DNA of 64,000 nucleotides from the NCBI GenBank assembly GCA_050011565.1, contig JBEKIW010000005.1:82698-146697 (forward strand), read 5' to 3'. Source of the stretch: Dehalococcoidia bacterium. Lineage in GTDB: Bacteria > Chloroflexota > Dehalococcoidia > GIF9 > UBA5629. Both the position numbers and the translations under genes were made by a program. Below are positions 21,281 through 30,560 of this stretch, in pieces; the first letter of the stretch is position 1, and each line of letters begins with the position of its first letter. The notes beneath the pieces were generated by a model, which saw only the letters and a list, made by a program, of their open reading frames with translations, was not told the origin of the DNA and made no database searches.

Positions 21281-21541
21281 ATGGTCTACCGCAGCATCGG
21301 CACCAGAATTCAGGAGGCCAGACAGGAACTGGGCCTTACCCAGCAGGAACTGGCTTCCAGGCTGGGCCTGACACAGGCCGCCCTGTCCAATTACGAGCTG
21401 GGCAAGAGACGACTTTATCTCACGAACCTGGAGCAAATCGCCGGCGTTTTAGGCAAGCCGCTGAGCTATTTTACGGAATCAGCCGCCAGCACCGAAGAAA
21501 GTGATGTCCAAAGCTGGCTGTACCGAAATCCTCAGCGCTGA
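21281..21541 (+). CDS. XRE-family HTH transcriptional regulator
   Basis: IGTRIQEARQELGLTQQELA...LSNYELGKR. Confidence 0.9.
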   Translation: MVYRSIGTRIQEARQELGLTQQELASRLGLTQAALSNYELGKRRLYLTNLEQIAGVLGKPLSYFTESAASTEESDVQSWLYRNPQR

Positions 21542-21590
21542 AAGGCGCCGGCAGTGGGGCTGGCAGGCGCCGCAGCCTGCCAGCGAAGGG

Positions 21591-22502
21591 CTAGGTCTGG
21601 CTGACGCCGGCGCTCACCTGTTTCGACCTGAACAAAACCGAAATTACAATCAGCGCTATTCCGGAAATCAAGAACCCTATTCCATACGTCCTGACCGGAG
21701 CCGTAAGGTCCGCAGCCAGTTGAGGTAATTTCGCCTGGAGGCCGGACAATATACCGGATGAGCCGATAACCTGACTGAGAACCTGGATGATGAGGTAATC
21801 CAGCAACGGGCCCAGAATACAAGCCACTCCCACCAGAATGAATGTGATACCGATAGACCGCGTAATCAGCTTCGGCTGCCACCAGTGCGCCAGTGCTATA
21901 AGTAATATCAGAAGGACAGCTGCAGCAATTAAGGCTTTATACGCGGTATCTATATAACCGACAATCTTTTTGACTTGCTCAAGTTGCGTCATTACCTGCG
22001 AGCCGGCAACCGCCTCGTTAAGTACAAAACTTGGCGGTATCACATTATCGATTCCGGTATATACCTGCGACATATAGGCATCTATCTGGCTTTGTGATGC
22101 TCCCTGCAGTTCCACAGGTAGCGAATTAGTTACCGCTTCTGTTACCTTTTCTTTGACCGCAGCCCTCACCGGCTCCAGAGAAATAACCACATTTAGCTCA
22201 CGGTCTTCCTTGATGTAGGCGTAGACGGCATGAATAACCGTATTGGCCTGCTCTTCAAACCATGGCGTAAGCTCTGAGACTAGCTCATCCACGGTTGCGA
22301 CATCAATGAACTCCTGACCTGGCAACTGCGCTTTCGCCTGCTCAATTACCGTCGAATAGACATCTAATTTTTCAAGTTCAGCGGTAACAAAGTCAGGATT
22401 GAGAATGGTCAGATTTAAGGAGATGATGAGGCCCAGCAGAACTAAGGCATCGAACAGCAGAAAATTAAAAACGCCCGAGAAAAAGCCTCTGACAATGCTC
22501 AT
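21591..22502 (-). CDS. hypothetical membrane protein
   Basis: N-terminal TM helix, helical soluble region and about three C-terminal TM helices. Confidence 0.8.
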   Translation of the reverse strand: MSIVRGFFSGVFNFLLFDALVLLGLIISLNLTILNPDFVTAELEKLDVYSTVIEQAKAQLPGQEFIDVATVDELVSELTPWFEEQANTVIHAVYAYIKEDRELNVVISLEPVRAAVKEKVTEAVTNSLPVELQGASQSQIDAYMSQVYTGIDNVIPPSFVLNEAVAGSQVMTQLEQVKKIVGYIDTAYKALIAAAVLLILLIALAHWWQPKLITRSIGITFILVGVACILGPLLDYLIIQVLSQVIGSSGILSGLQAKLPQLAADLTAPVRTYGIGFLISGIALIVISVLFRSKQVSAGVSQT

Positions 22503-22582
22503 CGAACCGTGGGCTAATTATCAACTATATGAATTCTTAGAGTCAACTTCACTAAGAAGAGAGCGCTAAAAACCTTTTCCTT

Positions 22583-22610
22583 TGTCATTCTGAGCGAAGC
22601 GAAGAATCTC
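22583..22610 (+). repeat. REP-like element, copy C
   Basis: TGTCATTCTGAGCGAAGCGAAGAATCTC, near-identical to 44361-44389. Confidence 0.7.
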
Positions 22611-22967
22611 ACATGGCTCCATCCAGCTGTTCCAGAGGTCAGCCGACAAAAAGTAACTGGCAGTATTCAGGAAGCTCCACGGCCCGCCGCGGCAGTCGCC
22701 GGAGCCCGCCAAACATCATGCCGGATACGAAAGCAACAGGCGGCTTGGCAAGCTCCCAAAGCGTCTCATCTTGCCTAACTTACCCCGCCAATATACTATT
22801 GTGTATAGAGTAACCTTAAGTCATTTTCTACTGAAAACCCTAAAGATCCTTATTCTATATAAGCTGGCACCTACCAAATTAAGGTTTTTTGTATGGAGTA
22901 TTTTGCTTTGGTTTGGCTGAGTGTATAATTTCCATACGAGCATTTTGCCAAATCAGATAAGGAGGCG

Positions 22968-23732
22968 ATGACGATGAGTTGTAAGAAACAAGGCTATGCA
23001 AGAAAGGTTAGCACAAGCGCAACAAAGGAATTTTTTAGTGGGCATTCCGTAGAATTTGAAGATAGTATGAGGCAGATATTAGGCAAAAAGGCAAGTGGTA
23101 CAGCCGATTTGGCAGGAGTTCCAACTGAGGCGAAAAGACTACTTCGAGAATCGACAAAGAAATTGTCAGTTCGTGTAGATGAAATAGTCACAATGGACAC
23201 GAGGCTTCGTGAATTACTGGTATCAAAGCTAGATTCTCTGCAACAATATATTCGAGTAATTGATAAAACACCATCAGCAATGGATATATTAGGGATACTG
23301 TACAATCTGCTAGGTATATTACTTGGATATGATTGGATGGATTGTAAGGTATATAGAACACCAATCTACTATAGGACTAAGTCACAGGAATTTGCTGACT
23401 ATCGAAAAATGATATCAAAAGACTGGGATAGCATACACCAGGAAGAAAATGTGTTGGTTCTTGAAAGGCGTAGGCTCTGTTTAGAACTTCGGGAGAAAGG
23501 GATGCATATAAATCAGGTTGCACGAGTACTTAACACATCGGAGTATGAGGTAAACCAATACCTAAAGGATGCCAATCTAGCTAAGTTGGCTAAATTATTG
23601 AACGAAGGTTACACATATGATGACATAGTGTTTAAGCTGAGAGATGAAGATATTGGAGGTTTGCTTTCTATACTTGGTGCTCTGAGTGAAAGACGGAAAT
23701 CAGCGCAGAAAAGACTAGAAGGCTCGGCATGA
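22968..23732 (+). CDS. hypothetical protein with C-terminal HTH-like segment(s)
   Basis: LELREKGMHINQVARVLNTSEYEVNQYL resembles an HTH; AAGGAGG RBS. Confidence 0.7.
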   Translation: MTMSCKKQGYARKVSTSATKEFFSGHSVEFEDSMRQILGKKASGTADLAGVPTEAKRLLRESTKKLSVRVDEIVTMDTRLRELLVSKLDSLQQYIRVIDKTPSAMDILGILYNLLGILLGYDWMDCKVYRTPIYYRTKSQEFADYRKMISKDWDSIHQEENVLVLERRRLCLELREKGMHINQVARVLNTSEYEVNQYLKDANLAKLAKLLNEGYTYDDIVFKLRDEDIGGLLSILGALSERRKSAQKRLEGSA

Positions 23733-23811
23733 AATGTGTATAGTCTTTAAGTCAGTTGCAGCTTTGTTCATGTAAGGGTTATTCTAATAGATAACACATC
23801 TGAGATGCTCT

Positions 23812-24258
23812 ATGAAAGCCAGAAATAAACGAGTTCACAATAGAAAGCTACAAGTGAAGCTTTCACCCACAGTTGACCGAGAAAAACTGCTGGTGAGAAT
23901 CAATACAGCCGATAAACCTACCGATATTAATTGGTATGATTACATTCATCTAATAAACAAAGCTAACGGTATGAAGGTTGTGTGCAAGCTTCATGGTGAT
24001 GATATTCCAGAGATTGAGAATAGGAAAAGGGGACTTCTTTATATAAATGAGCCTTTGAGGGGCAAAATTGGAATTGAAAAGGGCAATGTGTTGGAGTTTA
24101 CGATCAGCAAGGCTTCAGCTTCAAGATGGATTGTCTGGTATTACTTTGTTTGCTATCACCCAGATGATACAGTAAGAGTGGGTACTTGGTTAGGCATTAT
24201 TGCTGTTATTATCAGCATTCTCAGCATACTTTTGGGTATCATCGCATTTATCTATTGA
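23812..24258 (+). CDS. hypothetical protein with C-terminal membrane anchor
   Basis: Beta-rich basic domain (INEPLRGKIGIEKGNVLEF) followed by a hydrophobic tail. Confidence 0.7.
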   Translation: MKARNKRVHNRKLQVKLSPTVDREKLLVRINTADKPTDINWYDYIHLINKANGMKVVCKLHGDDIPEIENRKRGLLYINEPLRGKIGIEKGNVLEFTISKASASRWIVWYYFVCYHPDDTVRVGTWLGIIAVIISILSILLGIIAFIY

Positions 24259-24418
24259 AAAAAGCGCCCCTGCAGACATGGTTACTCATAGCTTAACCAC
24301 AAATACGACTTAGACCACCTGATTCCCAGTCCGAATGTCTTGCTTTCTCCATAAGAAATTAGTATGCTTAATATTAAACAACTATTGAACTGAACATTTA
24401 TTAAGGGGAGGTAATTAA

Positions 24419-24793
24419 ATGGATGTTGGTGCTTTACCTATTGTGGCTTGGTCATTCGTGACGGGCTTGGCAACAATTGGGACATTACTATTTGCACGAA
24501 TCAGTATAGAAAGGGCGGAGAAGGATAAGAATGACCACCATTTAAGAATGGGATTTGCTGCAAGTATTTTAATATTGTTGAGTTTTCTAATTAATATCTG
24601 GTGGCGCATATATGTTACGTGGGGTATTAGTGACCTCATCGGAGCAATAATCGTATCTATAATACCTTTAGCTGTCCTTTTATTCTACTTACGTTATCGC
24701 AGTAAATGGGTTTTTATAATACCTATATGTGTTCTAGCGTTTTTGTTTTTCCTATTAAGCGCAATTATCGCATTTCAGTTAATGCGAAGCTGA
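24419..24793 (+). CDS. hypothetical four-TM membrane protein
   Basis: Four hydrophobic stretches; GGAGGT RBS. Confidence 0.7.
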   Translation: MDVGALPIVAWSFVTGLATIGTLLFARISIERAEKDKNDHHLRMGFAASILILLSFLINIWWRIYVTWGISDLIGAIIVSIIPLAVLLFYLRYRSKWVFIIPICVLAFLFFLLSAIIAFQLMRS

Positions 24794-24921
24794 CAAATGT
24801 TTTGCTCCTTGATTTATTAAAGTAGTGCCTGCATACTCAAATTCAAGTGAACTAGATAGTGCTTTCGGATTGACCTTCGGAGTAACACTTCAAAGGTCAA
24901 CCTCCCCATCTACACAAACAG

Positions 24922-24961
24922 AAAAGGCAGGACAACCCCGACGGTCAACTTCCTGCCTTTT
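24922..24961. terminator. bidirectional terminator-like hairpin
   Basis: AAAAGGCAGGA...TCCTGCCTTTT inverted repeat between convergent units, just past the tRNA fragment. Confidence 0.65.
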
Positions 24962-24969
24962 ACGTTCAT

Positions 24970-25012
24970 TGGTAGCGGGGGTTGGATTTGAACCAACGAC
25001 CTTCGGGTTATG
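24970..25012 (-). pseudogene. 3' half of an initiator-type tRNA-Met (att-site-like fragment)
   Basis: Minus strand CATAACCCGAAGGTCGTTGGTTCAAATCCAACCCCCGCTACCA: anticodon CAT, T-arm, 3' acceptor strand and CCA; no D-arm or 5' acceptor strand. Confidence 0.88.
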
Positions 25013-27587
25013 GGTTCGAATCTGACCTCATTGCCTTCCGCTTCAGCTCGTAGAGCCTGGTGATGGCTTCAAGTGGGGACATGGAGTCGATATCAAGCTG
25101 GCTGATTTCTTCTATAAGCGGAGACTTATCCCCGAATAGCGCCAGCTGCGGAGGCGATTCCTTCCTGGGCCGCACGGCTTTACGCTGCTTTTGCTGAGTC
25201 TGGCCGTTTTCCAATCCAGCTAAAACCTCCTCTGCCCGATGCACCACCGTTGCCGGCAATCCTGCCATTTGTGCCACGTGTATGCCGTAGCTTTTGTCAG
25301 CGCCGCCGGGGACGACCTTGCGCAGGAAAATTACCTTGCCTTCCTCTTCGGCGACCGCTACATTGAAGTTTTTTACCCGGGGCAGAAAACCGGCCAACTC
25401 CACCAGCTCATGATAGTGAGTGGCGAAAAGGGTCTTAGCCCTGAGCCTGGGGTGGTTGTGTATGAACTCCGCTACGGCCCAGGCAATGGAAAGCCCATCA
25501 TAAGTGCTTGTACCTCGACCGATCTCATCCAGTATAATCAGCGACTTCGGCGTGGCATTATTGAGTATGTTGGCGGCCTCAACCATCTCCACCATAAACG
25601 TCGACTGCCCAGCAGCTAAGTCCTCTTGAGCTCCGATGCGTGTGAAAATGCGGTCGACTATTCCAATATTGGCTGAATCAGCCGGTACATAACTGCCTAT
25701 CTGTGCCAGGAGCACAATCAGCGCTACCTGCTTCAAATAGGTGGACTTCCCCGCCATATTGGGACCGGTAAGAATAATAAGCTGTGTATCTTTATTGCAC
25801 AGATAGGTATCATTAGGTATAAAACCGTCACTGCCCAGGCTTCTCTCCACGACAGGATGCCGCCCTCCTTTTATAGTTACGGCATCCTCGGCGGTCAACT
25901 CCGGTCTGGCATAGCCATATCGGACCGCTGCCTCAGCCAGACCGGCAAAGACATCGATCTCGGCCAGTGCCCTGGCTGAAGCTAATATTTTTTCATCGCT
26001 GGCGGCTATCTGCTGGCAGACCTGCCGGAAAAGCGCCGTTTCAAGCTCAACAATTCTTTCCTGCGCGTTCAGAATGACCGACTCATACTCCTTAAGCTCC
26101 GGCGTGTAGAATCTTTCGCCTCCGGTTAACGTCTGCTTTCGAATATAGCTTTCGGGCACTAAGTTCAGGTAAGACTTTGACACCTCGATGTAATAGCCGA
26201 ACACCCGGTTATATCCCACCTTCAAAGCCTTGATACCGGTGCGCTCTCTTTCCTGCCGCTCCAGGTTCGCCAGGTAGCGTTTGGCTTCGGATGCTGCCTG
26301 TCGAATCTCATCGAGCTCTTTAGAAAAGCCGGCCTTTACCACACCGCCCTTTTCCAGGCTGGCGCCGGGCGCATCGACAATCGCCTCTTCGATTAAGCTC
26401 ACCGCATCGGGGCAGGGCTTAAGCTCGGAACTGAGCCAGCCCGGGAAACCTTCGCCACCTTCTATCTCCGCTTTCACCTCGGCCAGCTTCTCCAGGCTGG
26501 CACGCAAGGCAACCAGGTCCCGGGGCGTGGCCGTGCCGCCACCTACGCGGTTAATTAAGCGCTCCAGGTCGGCAATATTTCCGAGAAGAGCTGTAACCTT
26601 ACGTCGAATTAAGGAATTATCATGGAACCAGGCGATAACTTCCTGCCGGCTGGTCAATTGCTTTATGTCAAGCAGCGGCTGGCCCAGCCATCTCTTGAGC
26701 AATCTGCCTCCCATCGCCGTTTCCGTCAGATCGATTACAGAGAGCAGAGAGCCGGAGCTGGCTCCCCAGCGAGCGCTGGAGAATAGCTCCAGGTTGTGCC
26801 GGGTATGAGCATCCAGGACCATAAAGGATTGAGTTGAGTAGGTAGTAAGCTGGTCCAACTGCCCCAGTGCCGCCTTCTGGTTCTCTTGCAGATAACGAAT
26901 AATGGCGCCGGCAGCCATGACAGCCAGAGGCAGATGAGCACAGCCGTATCCTTCAAGTGAAGCCACGCTGAAATGGTCAATCAAAGTTTGCGCCGCGGTC
27001 TCCAAATCAAACCAGTATTCATCGACGCGGGTTATTAAGGCCGGTGACATTGCGCCACCGGTATCCAGACCTTCGGGAAGAAGCAGTTCAGCCGGATGCA
27101 GGCGCTCCAGTTCATCGGAAACCTGCCCCGTAGGGAGCTGAGCCGTGGCGAACTCGCCGGTGGTTATATCCACATAAGAGATGCCCGCTTCATCGCCGTC
27201 GATAACCAGGCTGACCAGATAGTTATTGCTCTTATCAGCCAGAAGCCCGGGCTCAACCACCGTCCCCGGCGTCACCACACGTATTACGTCGCGTTCCACC
27301 AATCCGTTACCGGGTGGGCTGAGCTGCTCGCAGATGGCCACCTTATAACCTTTGCCGATGAGCCTGGCCAGGTAGTTATCCAAGGCGTGGTAGGGAATGC
27401 CTGCCAGGGGCACCCGCTGCCCTTTTCCCATCTCTCTGGAAGTCAGCGTGATTTCCAGCTCTCGTGCGGTGGTCTTGGCATCATCATCGAAGGTCTCATA
27501 GAAATCGCCCAATCGAAAGAAAACGATAGCGCCGGGATATCGTTGTTTGATTCTAAGATATTGCCGCCTGAGGGGAGTTATCGGCAA
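25008..27587 (-). CDS. mutS: DNA mismatch repair protein MutS
   Basis: FRLGDFYETF, TGPNMAGKST, STFMVEM, DEIGRGTS and FATHYHEL. Confidence 0.98.
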   Translation of the reverse strand: MPITPLRRQYLRIKQRYPGAIVFFRLGDFYETFDDDAKTTARELEITLTSREMGKGQRVPLAGIPYHALDNYLARLIGKGYKVAICEQLSPPGNGLVERDVIRVVTPGTVVEPGLLADKSNNYLVSLVIDGDEAGISYVDITTGEFATAQLPTGQVSDELERLHPAELLLPEGLDTGGAMSPALITRVDEYWFDLETAAQTLIDHFSVASLEGYGCAHLPLAVMAAGAIIRYLQENQKAALGQLDQLTTYSTQSFMVLDAHTRHNLELFSSARWGASSGSLLSVIDLTETAMGGRLLKRWLGQPLLDIKQLTSRQEVIAWFHDNSLIRRKVTALLGNIADLERLINRVGGGTATPRDLVALRASLEKLAEVKAEIEGGEGFPGWLSSELKPCPDAVSLIEEAIVDAPGASLEKGGVVKAGFSKELDEIRQAASEAKRYLANLERQERERTGIKALKVGYNRVFGYYIEVSKSYLNLVPESYIRKQTLTGGERFYTPELKEYESVILNAQERIVELETALFRQVCQQIAASDEKILASARALAEIDVFAGLAEAAVRYGYARPELTAEDAVTIKGGRHPVVERSLGSDGFIPNDTYLCNKDTQLIILTGPNMAGKSTYLKQVALIVLLAQIGSYVPADSANIGIVDRIFTRIGAQEDLAAGQSTFMVEMVEAANILNNATPKSLIILDEIGRGTSTYDGLSIAWAVAEFIHNHPRLRAKTLFATHYHELVELAGFLPRVKNFNVAVAEEEGKVIFLRKVVPGGADKSYGIHVAQMAGLPATVVHRAEEVLAGLENGQTQQKQRKAVRPRKESPPQLALFGDKSPLIEEISQLDIDSMSPLEAITRLYELKRKAMRSDSNP

Positions 27588-27673
27588 ATTCCACCCGCCA
27601 CTATTTTACTACTTCCCTAGCCAAGGACAAAGATGTTGTATCAGTCGGGGCACTTAATGATGCAGTTTAGTAC

Positions 27674-27719
27674 TGTCATTGCTACGAGCCCTTCCACGGA
27701 AGAGCGATATATTAATCTC
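27674..27719 (+). repeat. REP-like element, copy D
   Basis: TGTCATTGC...GCCCTTCCACGGAAGAGC...AATCTC. Confidence 0.55.
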
Positions 27720-27880
27720 AAAAGTGCAAAAACAAACCGTCAGAAGACAAAATGACAATTCAAAAGTTTAAAACAGGAGGTTTTTTCAGGTCTGTTCGTT
27801 TCCAAAAAGCTAAGGAAATAGAAGGTTATTACATGTTTTATCTGTATTTTTGATTTTTACCTTTTTGTCTTTGATTTCTT
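27714..27880. repeat. A-rich/T-rich degenerate palindromic element
   Basis: A-rich left arm and T-rich right arm, similar in organisation to 41224 and 47745 but more diverged. Confidence 0.45.
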
Positions 27881-28449
27881 TAGAGCCTCGGCTTGCAGAT
27901 TATCTCTTTGACCCTGAGAGCGAAGGCATCATGAGCATGAGCCGGCTTTACTACGATAGCCGTATCCGCCCCTCTGCCTGTTCCGGCAATGGCAATGACC
28001 TCTTCGTCCGGGCTTACAAGTCCGGCGTCGGCAGCCATCATGGTTATCTCAATTGCCACCTTCATACCCTGGCCAAACACCCTCAGCGTATTGGCCATGA
28101 AGTCGCCGAGCACGTGCGTAGCAAAAGTCCTCCTGATGGCATGAGATATACCACCGAAGGCATGAGCGCCGGTGAAAATCTCAGCCCCCAGCTTCTCTAT
28201 TTTCTGCCTGTTTTCCGGGGTAAGCTCTTGCGTGCCGGGAGCCAGAAAACCACTGGCGTGTGTGACCACAACTACTTTATAGTCTTTGAATTCTTTAGCT
28301 GTCTTAACTGCAGTGTCGCCCTTCGTGGTGGCTACGATAATTCTCTTTATGCCCAGCTCCCCGGCCCTGGCTTTAGCCAGCCTCAATGTTTCCTCCGTGT
28401 TGTCGGGACCGAGGGAATCGAAATAAAAAATACTGGTTTCTCTTGCCAT
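27880..28449 (-). CDS. stand-alone pyruvate kinase C-terminal (alpha/beta) domain protein
   Basis: YFDSLGPDNT, IVATTKGDTA, VVVTH, FGQGMKVAIEITMMAADAG and GTGRGADTA. Confidence 0.85.
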   Translation of the reverse strand: MARETSIFYFDSLGPDNTEETLRLAKARAGELGIKRIIVATTKGDTAVKTAKEFKDYKVVVVTHASGFLAPGTQELTPENRQKIEKLGAEIFTGAHAFGGISHAIRRTFATHVLGDFMANTLRVFGQGMKVAIEITMMAADAGLVSPDEEVIAIAGTGRGADTAIVVKPAHAHDAFALRVKEIICKPRL

Positions 28450-28488
28450 AAGCGCTTTTTCAGGAACTATCTGGCAAACTTATTACCC

Positions 28489-28968
28489 CTATTCCACCTT
28501 AAAAGTGGTACTGGCTTTTTCTAGCCCGTCGACACTTATTACGACCTGATAATCTCCCTTGGGCCATTTGTAGTCCGGTAGAGGACGGGCGTACACAGTG
28601 GATGTATAACCCTGACCCTCATTTGCAATAGTAGCCGTCTGCGTCTCTATAACAGCGTTTTTACCTGTAATAGCCTCGGTATTCGGGTCTCCCCCCACAT
28701 ATATCCATTTTGCTTCAAGCTTGGCGCCAACAGGAAAACCTGACATCTTGAATGAGCAATAAAATCCGGCGGCGTCCGTGGTAAAAACAGTGGTGGGATT
28801 AATCGGTCTGTTGTTACTATCTACGGCGGTTGACATGGTTATATCGCTAATAACGCCGGTTTCAGAGCTAGCTTTTTTCAGGCTGCATCCTGTAACTAAA
28901 ACAGTTACTAATAGAAAAACTATGGCAATGCCAAGTGCTAACTTATAAATCTTACTTCTATTATTCAT
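28489..28968 (-). CDS. putative lipoprotein
   Basis: Signal peptide with LVTGC lipobox and Ig-like beta domain; ATG at 28968 with GGAGG RBS. Confidence 0.75.
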   Translation of the reverse strand: MNNRSKIYKLALGIAIVFLLVTVLVTGCSLKKASSETGVISDITMSTAVDSNNRPINPTTVFTTDAAGFYCSFKMSGFPVGAKLEAKWIYVGGDPNTEAITGKNAVIETQTATIANEGQGYTSTVYARPLPDYKWPKGDYQVVISVDGLEKASTTFKVE

Positions 28969-29016
28969 TAATGTCCTCCGCAATATTCTTTTCAGATAAT
29001 TCAAGCATGGATAAAA

Positions 29017-29123
29017 ATATTAAAGGATACGCCTTATTTTGTCAAACTCTGATTTTATAATTTCAAAAATTTTTCAATTTATCAACCAAAAATATTGACA
29101 AATTCATAAAAGTATGTTAGCGT
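29017..29123. promoter_or_regulatory. divergent sigma70 promoters
   Basis: Minus: TTGACA (29045-29040)-17-TAATAT. Plus: TTGACA (29095-29100)-17-TAGCGT with an extended TG. Confidence 0.55.
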
Positions 29124-29189
29124 GTTAATGAAGAATATTTCATAATTTAATATAGACCATAATGACGGTAAATTAAGGAGAAACAATAG

Positions 29190-30560
29190 ATGACAAAATT
29201 GGCAGAAATAAAGAACAAGGTTGAAGAGGAGGAACCTCCAGGCTTTACCACTACGAGGAATGAAGTAGTGGTGGAGGATGAAGAACCTCCAGGTAGCATG
29301 GCCGTTACCTCTGGTACGGCCGTAATTAGTGAAATTACCTTCCTCACCAAAACATCGAGAGAAAATTGGATCGACTGGAAATGGCAATTTCGTAATAGAA
29401 TAACCACCGTTGAAAAACTTTCAACCGTAATCCCCCTCTCAGCTAAAGAAAAAACTCAGCTTAAACTGGTAACCACAAAATATCCACTTTCAGTAACACC
29501 TTATTACCTTTCTCTAATCAACGTATACGACCCTGATGACCCTGTTAAGAAACAGGCTATACCCTCTATCGAAGAGATAACTCTTGGCAATCTGGGTTTT
29601 GAAGACCCGCTCGGAGAAAGAAGAGATTCCGTAGTCCCAGGTCTGGTTCACCGTTATCCCGACAGGGTACTAATGGTGCTCACAGACATTTGCCCTATGT
29701 TTTGTCGCCACTGCACGCGGAAGAGAGAATGGCACAACGGCGGCTGGGTACGCACTCCAGCAGAAATCAAGTCTATGCTGGACTACATCCGCAGGCACAA
29801 GAATTTAAGGGATGTTATTCTCTCCGGCGGTGACCCGCTGACTCTGTCGACACAGCGATTGGAAGATGTTATCTCCAAATTGAGGCAGATAGACCATGTT
29901 GAGATAATCCGAATCGGCACCAGGTTCCCGGTGGTATTACCGCATCGCATAGATAACGAACTATGCGACATGCTGGCAAAATACGGGCCGATATGGCTCA
30001 ACACTCAGTTCAACCATCCCAATGAGATAACGTCTGAATCAGCGGCAGCCTGCAACCGTCTTTTACGGGCCGGAATTCCAGTGAACAACCAGTCAGTGCT
30101 TCTTCGCGGCATAAACGATGACGTTCAGACTCAGATTAGGCTCTGCAGCGGCCTGCTTAAGATAAAAGTGCGGCCATACTATCTCTTTCAGTGCGACGAG
30201 GTCCGTGGAACAGAACACCTGCGCACGCCCGTGGAGACCGGAATTAAAATAATAGACGGCATGCGCGGTCGTACCTCAGGCTTGGCTATTCCAACCTTCG
30301 TTATAGACCTGCCGGACGGCGGCGGCAAAGTGCCTCTGCAGCCGAACTATGTGCTGACACAAACAAAAGAAGAGCTGGTATTAAGAAACTATCAGGGCCG
30401 TTTCGTGTGGTATCGGAACCCCAAAGACAAGACCGCACTGGAACCAACTATCGAAACGGATTCAATCAATAATCCGTTTTCTGACAGCCTCAATGAACCA
30501 CAACGTCAGCTACAACCAGTAAGAGTCAGAAATGAAAATAGGTCTCGCGTACGACCTTAA
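29190..30560 (+). CDS. kamA: KamA-family radical SAM/PLP lysine 2,3-aminomutase with acidic repeated N-terminal extension
   Basis: GLVHRYPDRVL, CPMFCRHC, SGGDPL, RIGTR, NQSVLL, YLFQCD and VIDLPDGGGK. Confidence 0.9.
   Translation: MTKLAEIKNKVEEEEPPGFTTTRNEVVVEDEEPPGSMAVTSGTAVISEITFLTKTSRENWIDWKWQFRNRITTVEKLSTVIPLSAKEKTQLKLVTTKYPLSVTPYYLSLINVYDPDDPVKKQAIPSIEEITLGNLGFEDPLGERRDSVVPGLVHRYPDRVLMVLTDICPMFCRHCTRKREWHNGGWVRTPAEIKSMLDYIRRHKNLRDVILSGGDPLTLSTQRLEDVISKLRQIDHVEIIRIGTRFPVVLPHRIDNELCDMLAKYGPIWLNTQFNHPNEITSESAAACNRLLRAGIPVNNQSVLLRGINDDVQTQIRLCSGLLKIKVRPYYLFQCDEVRGTEHLRTPVETGIKIIDGMRGRTSGLAIPTFVIDLPDGGGKVPLQPNYVLTQTKEELVLRNYQGRFVWYRNPKDKTALEPTIETDSINNPFSDSLNEPQRQLQPVRVRNENRSRVRP

Larger units (their letters stand above)
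22810..24969. mobile_element. AT-rich island remnant with three orphan genes
   Basis: Visibly AT-richer than flanks and bounded on the right by a tRNA 3' fragment; no integrase; left border approximate. Confidence 0.55.

Noticed and set aside
22613-22813. GC-rich stretch or 66-aa ORF at the island edge
   Set aside because: No recognisable product, RBS or RNA motif; may be a gene remnant but cannot be supported.
24970-25045. Intact tRNA-Met gene
   Set aside because: Sequence 5' of the anticodon is mutS coding DNA, with no D-arm or 5' acceptor strand.
27850-28524. 224-aa plus-strand ORF and other long antisense ORFs (e.g. 15810-16436, 56519-57097)
   Set aside because: They are shadows of well-supported genes on the opposite strand and have no motifs.
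29190-30560. EF-P modification enzyme EpmB or glutamate 2,3-aminomutase
   Set aside because: No efp or epmA nearby; lysine-type Asp residues are retained.
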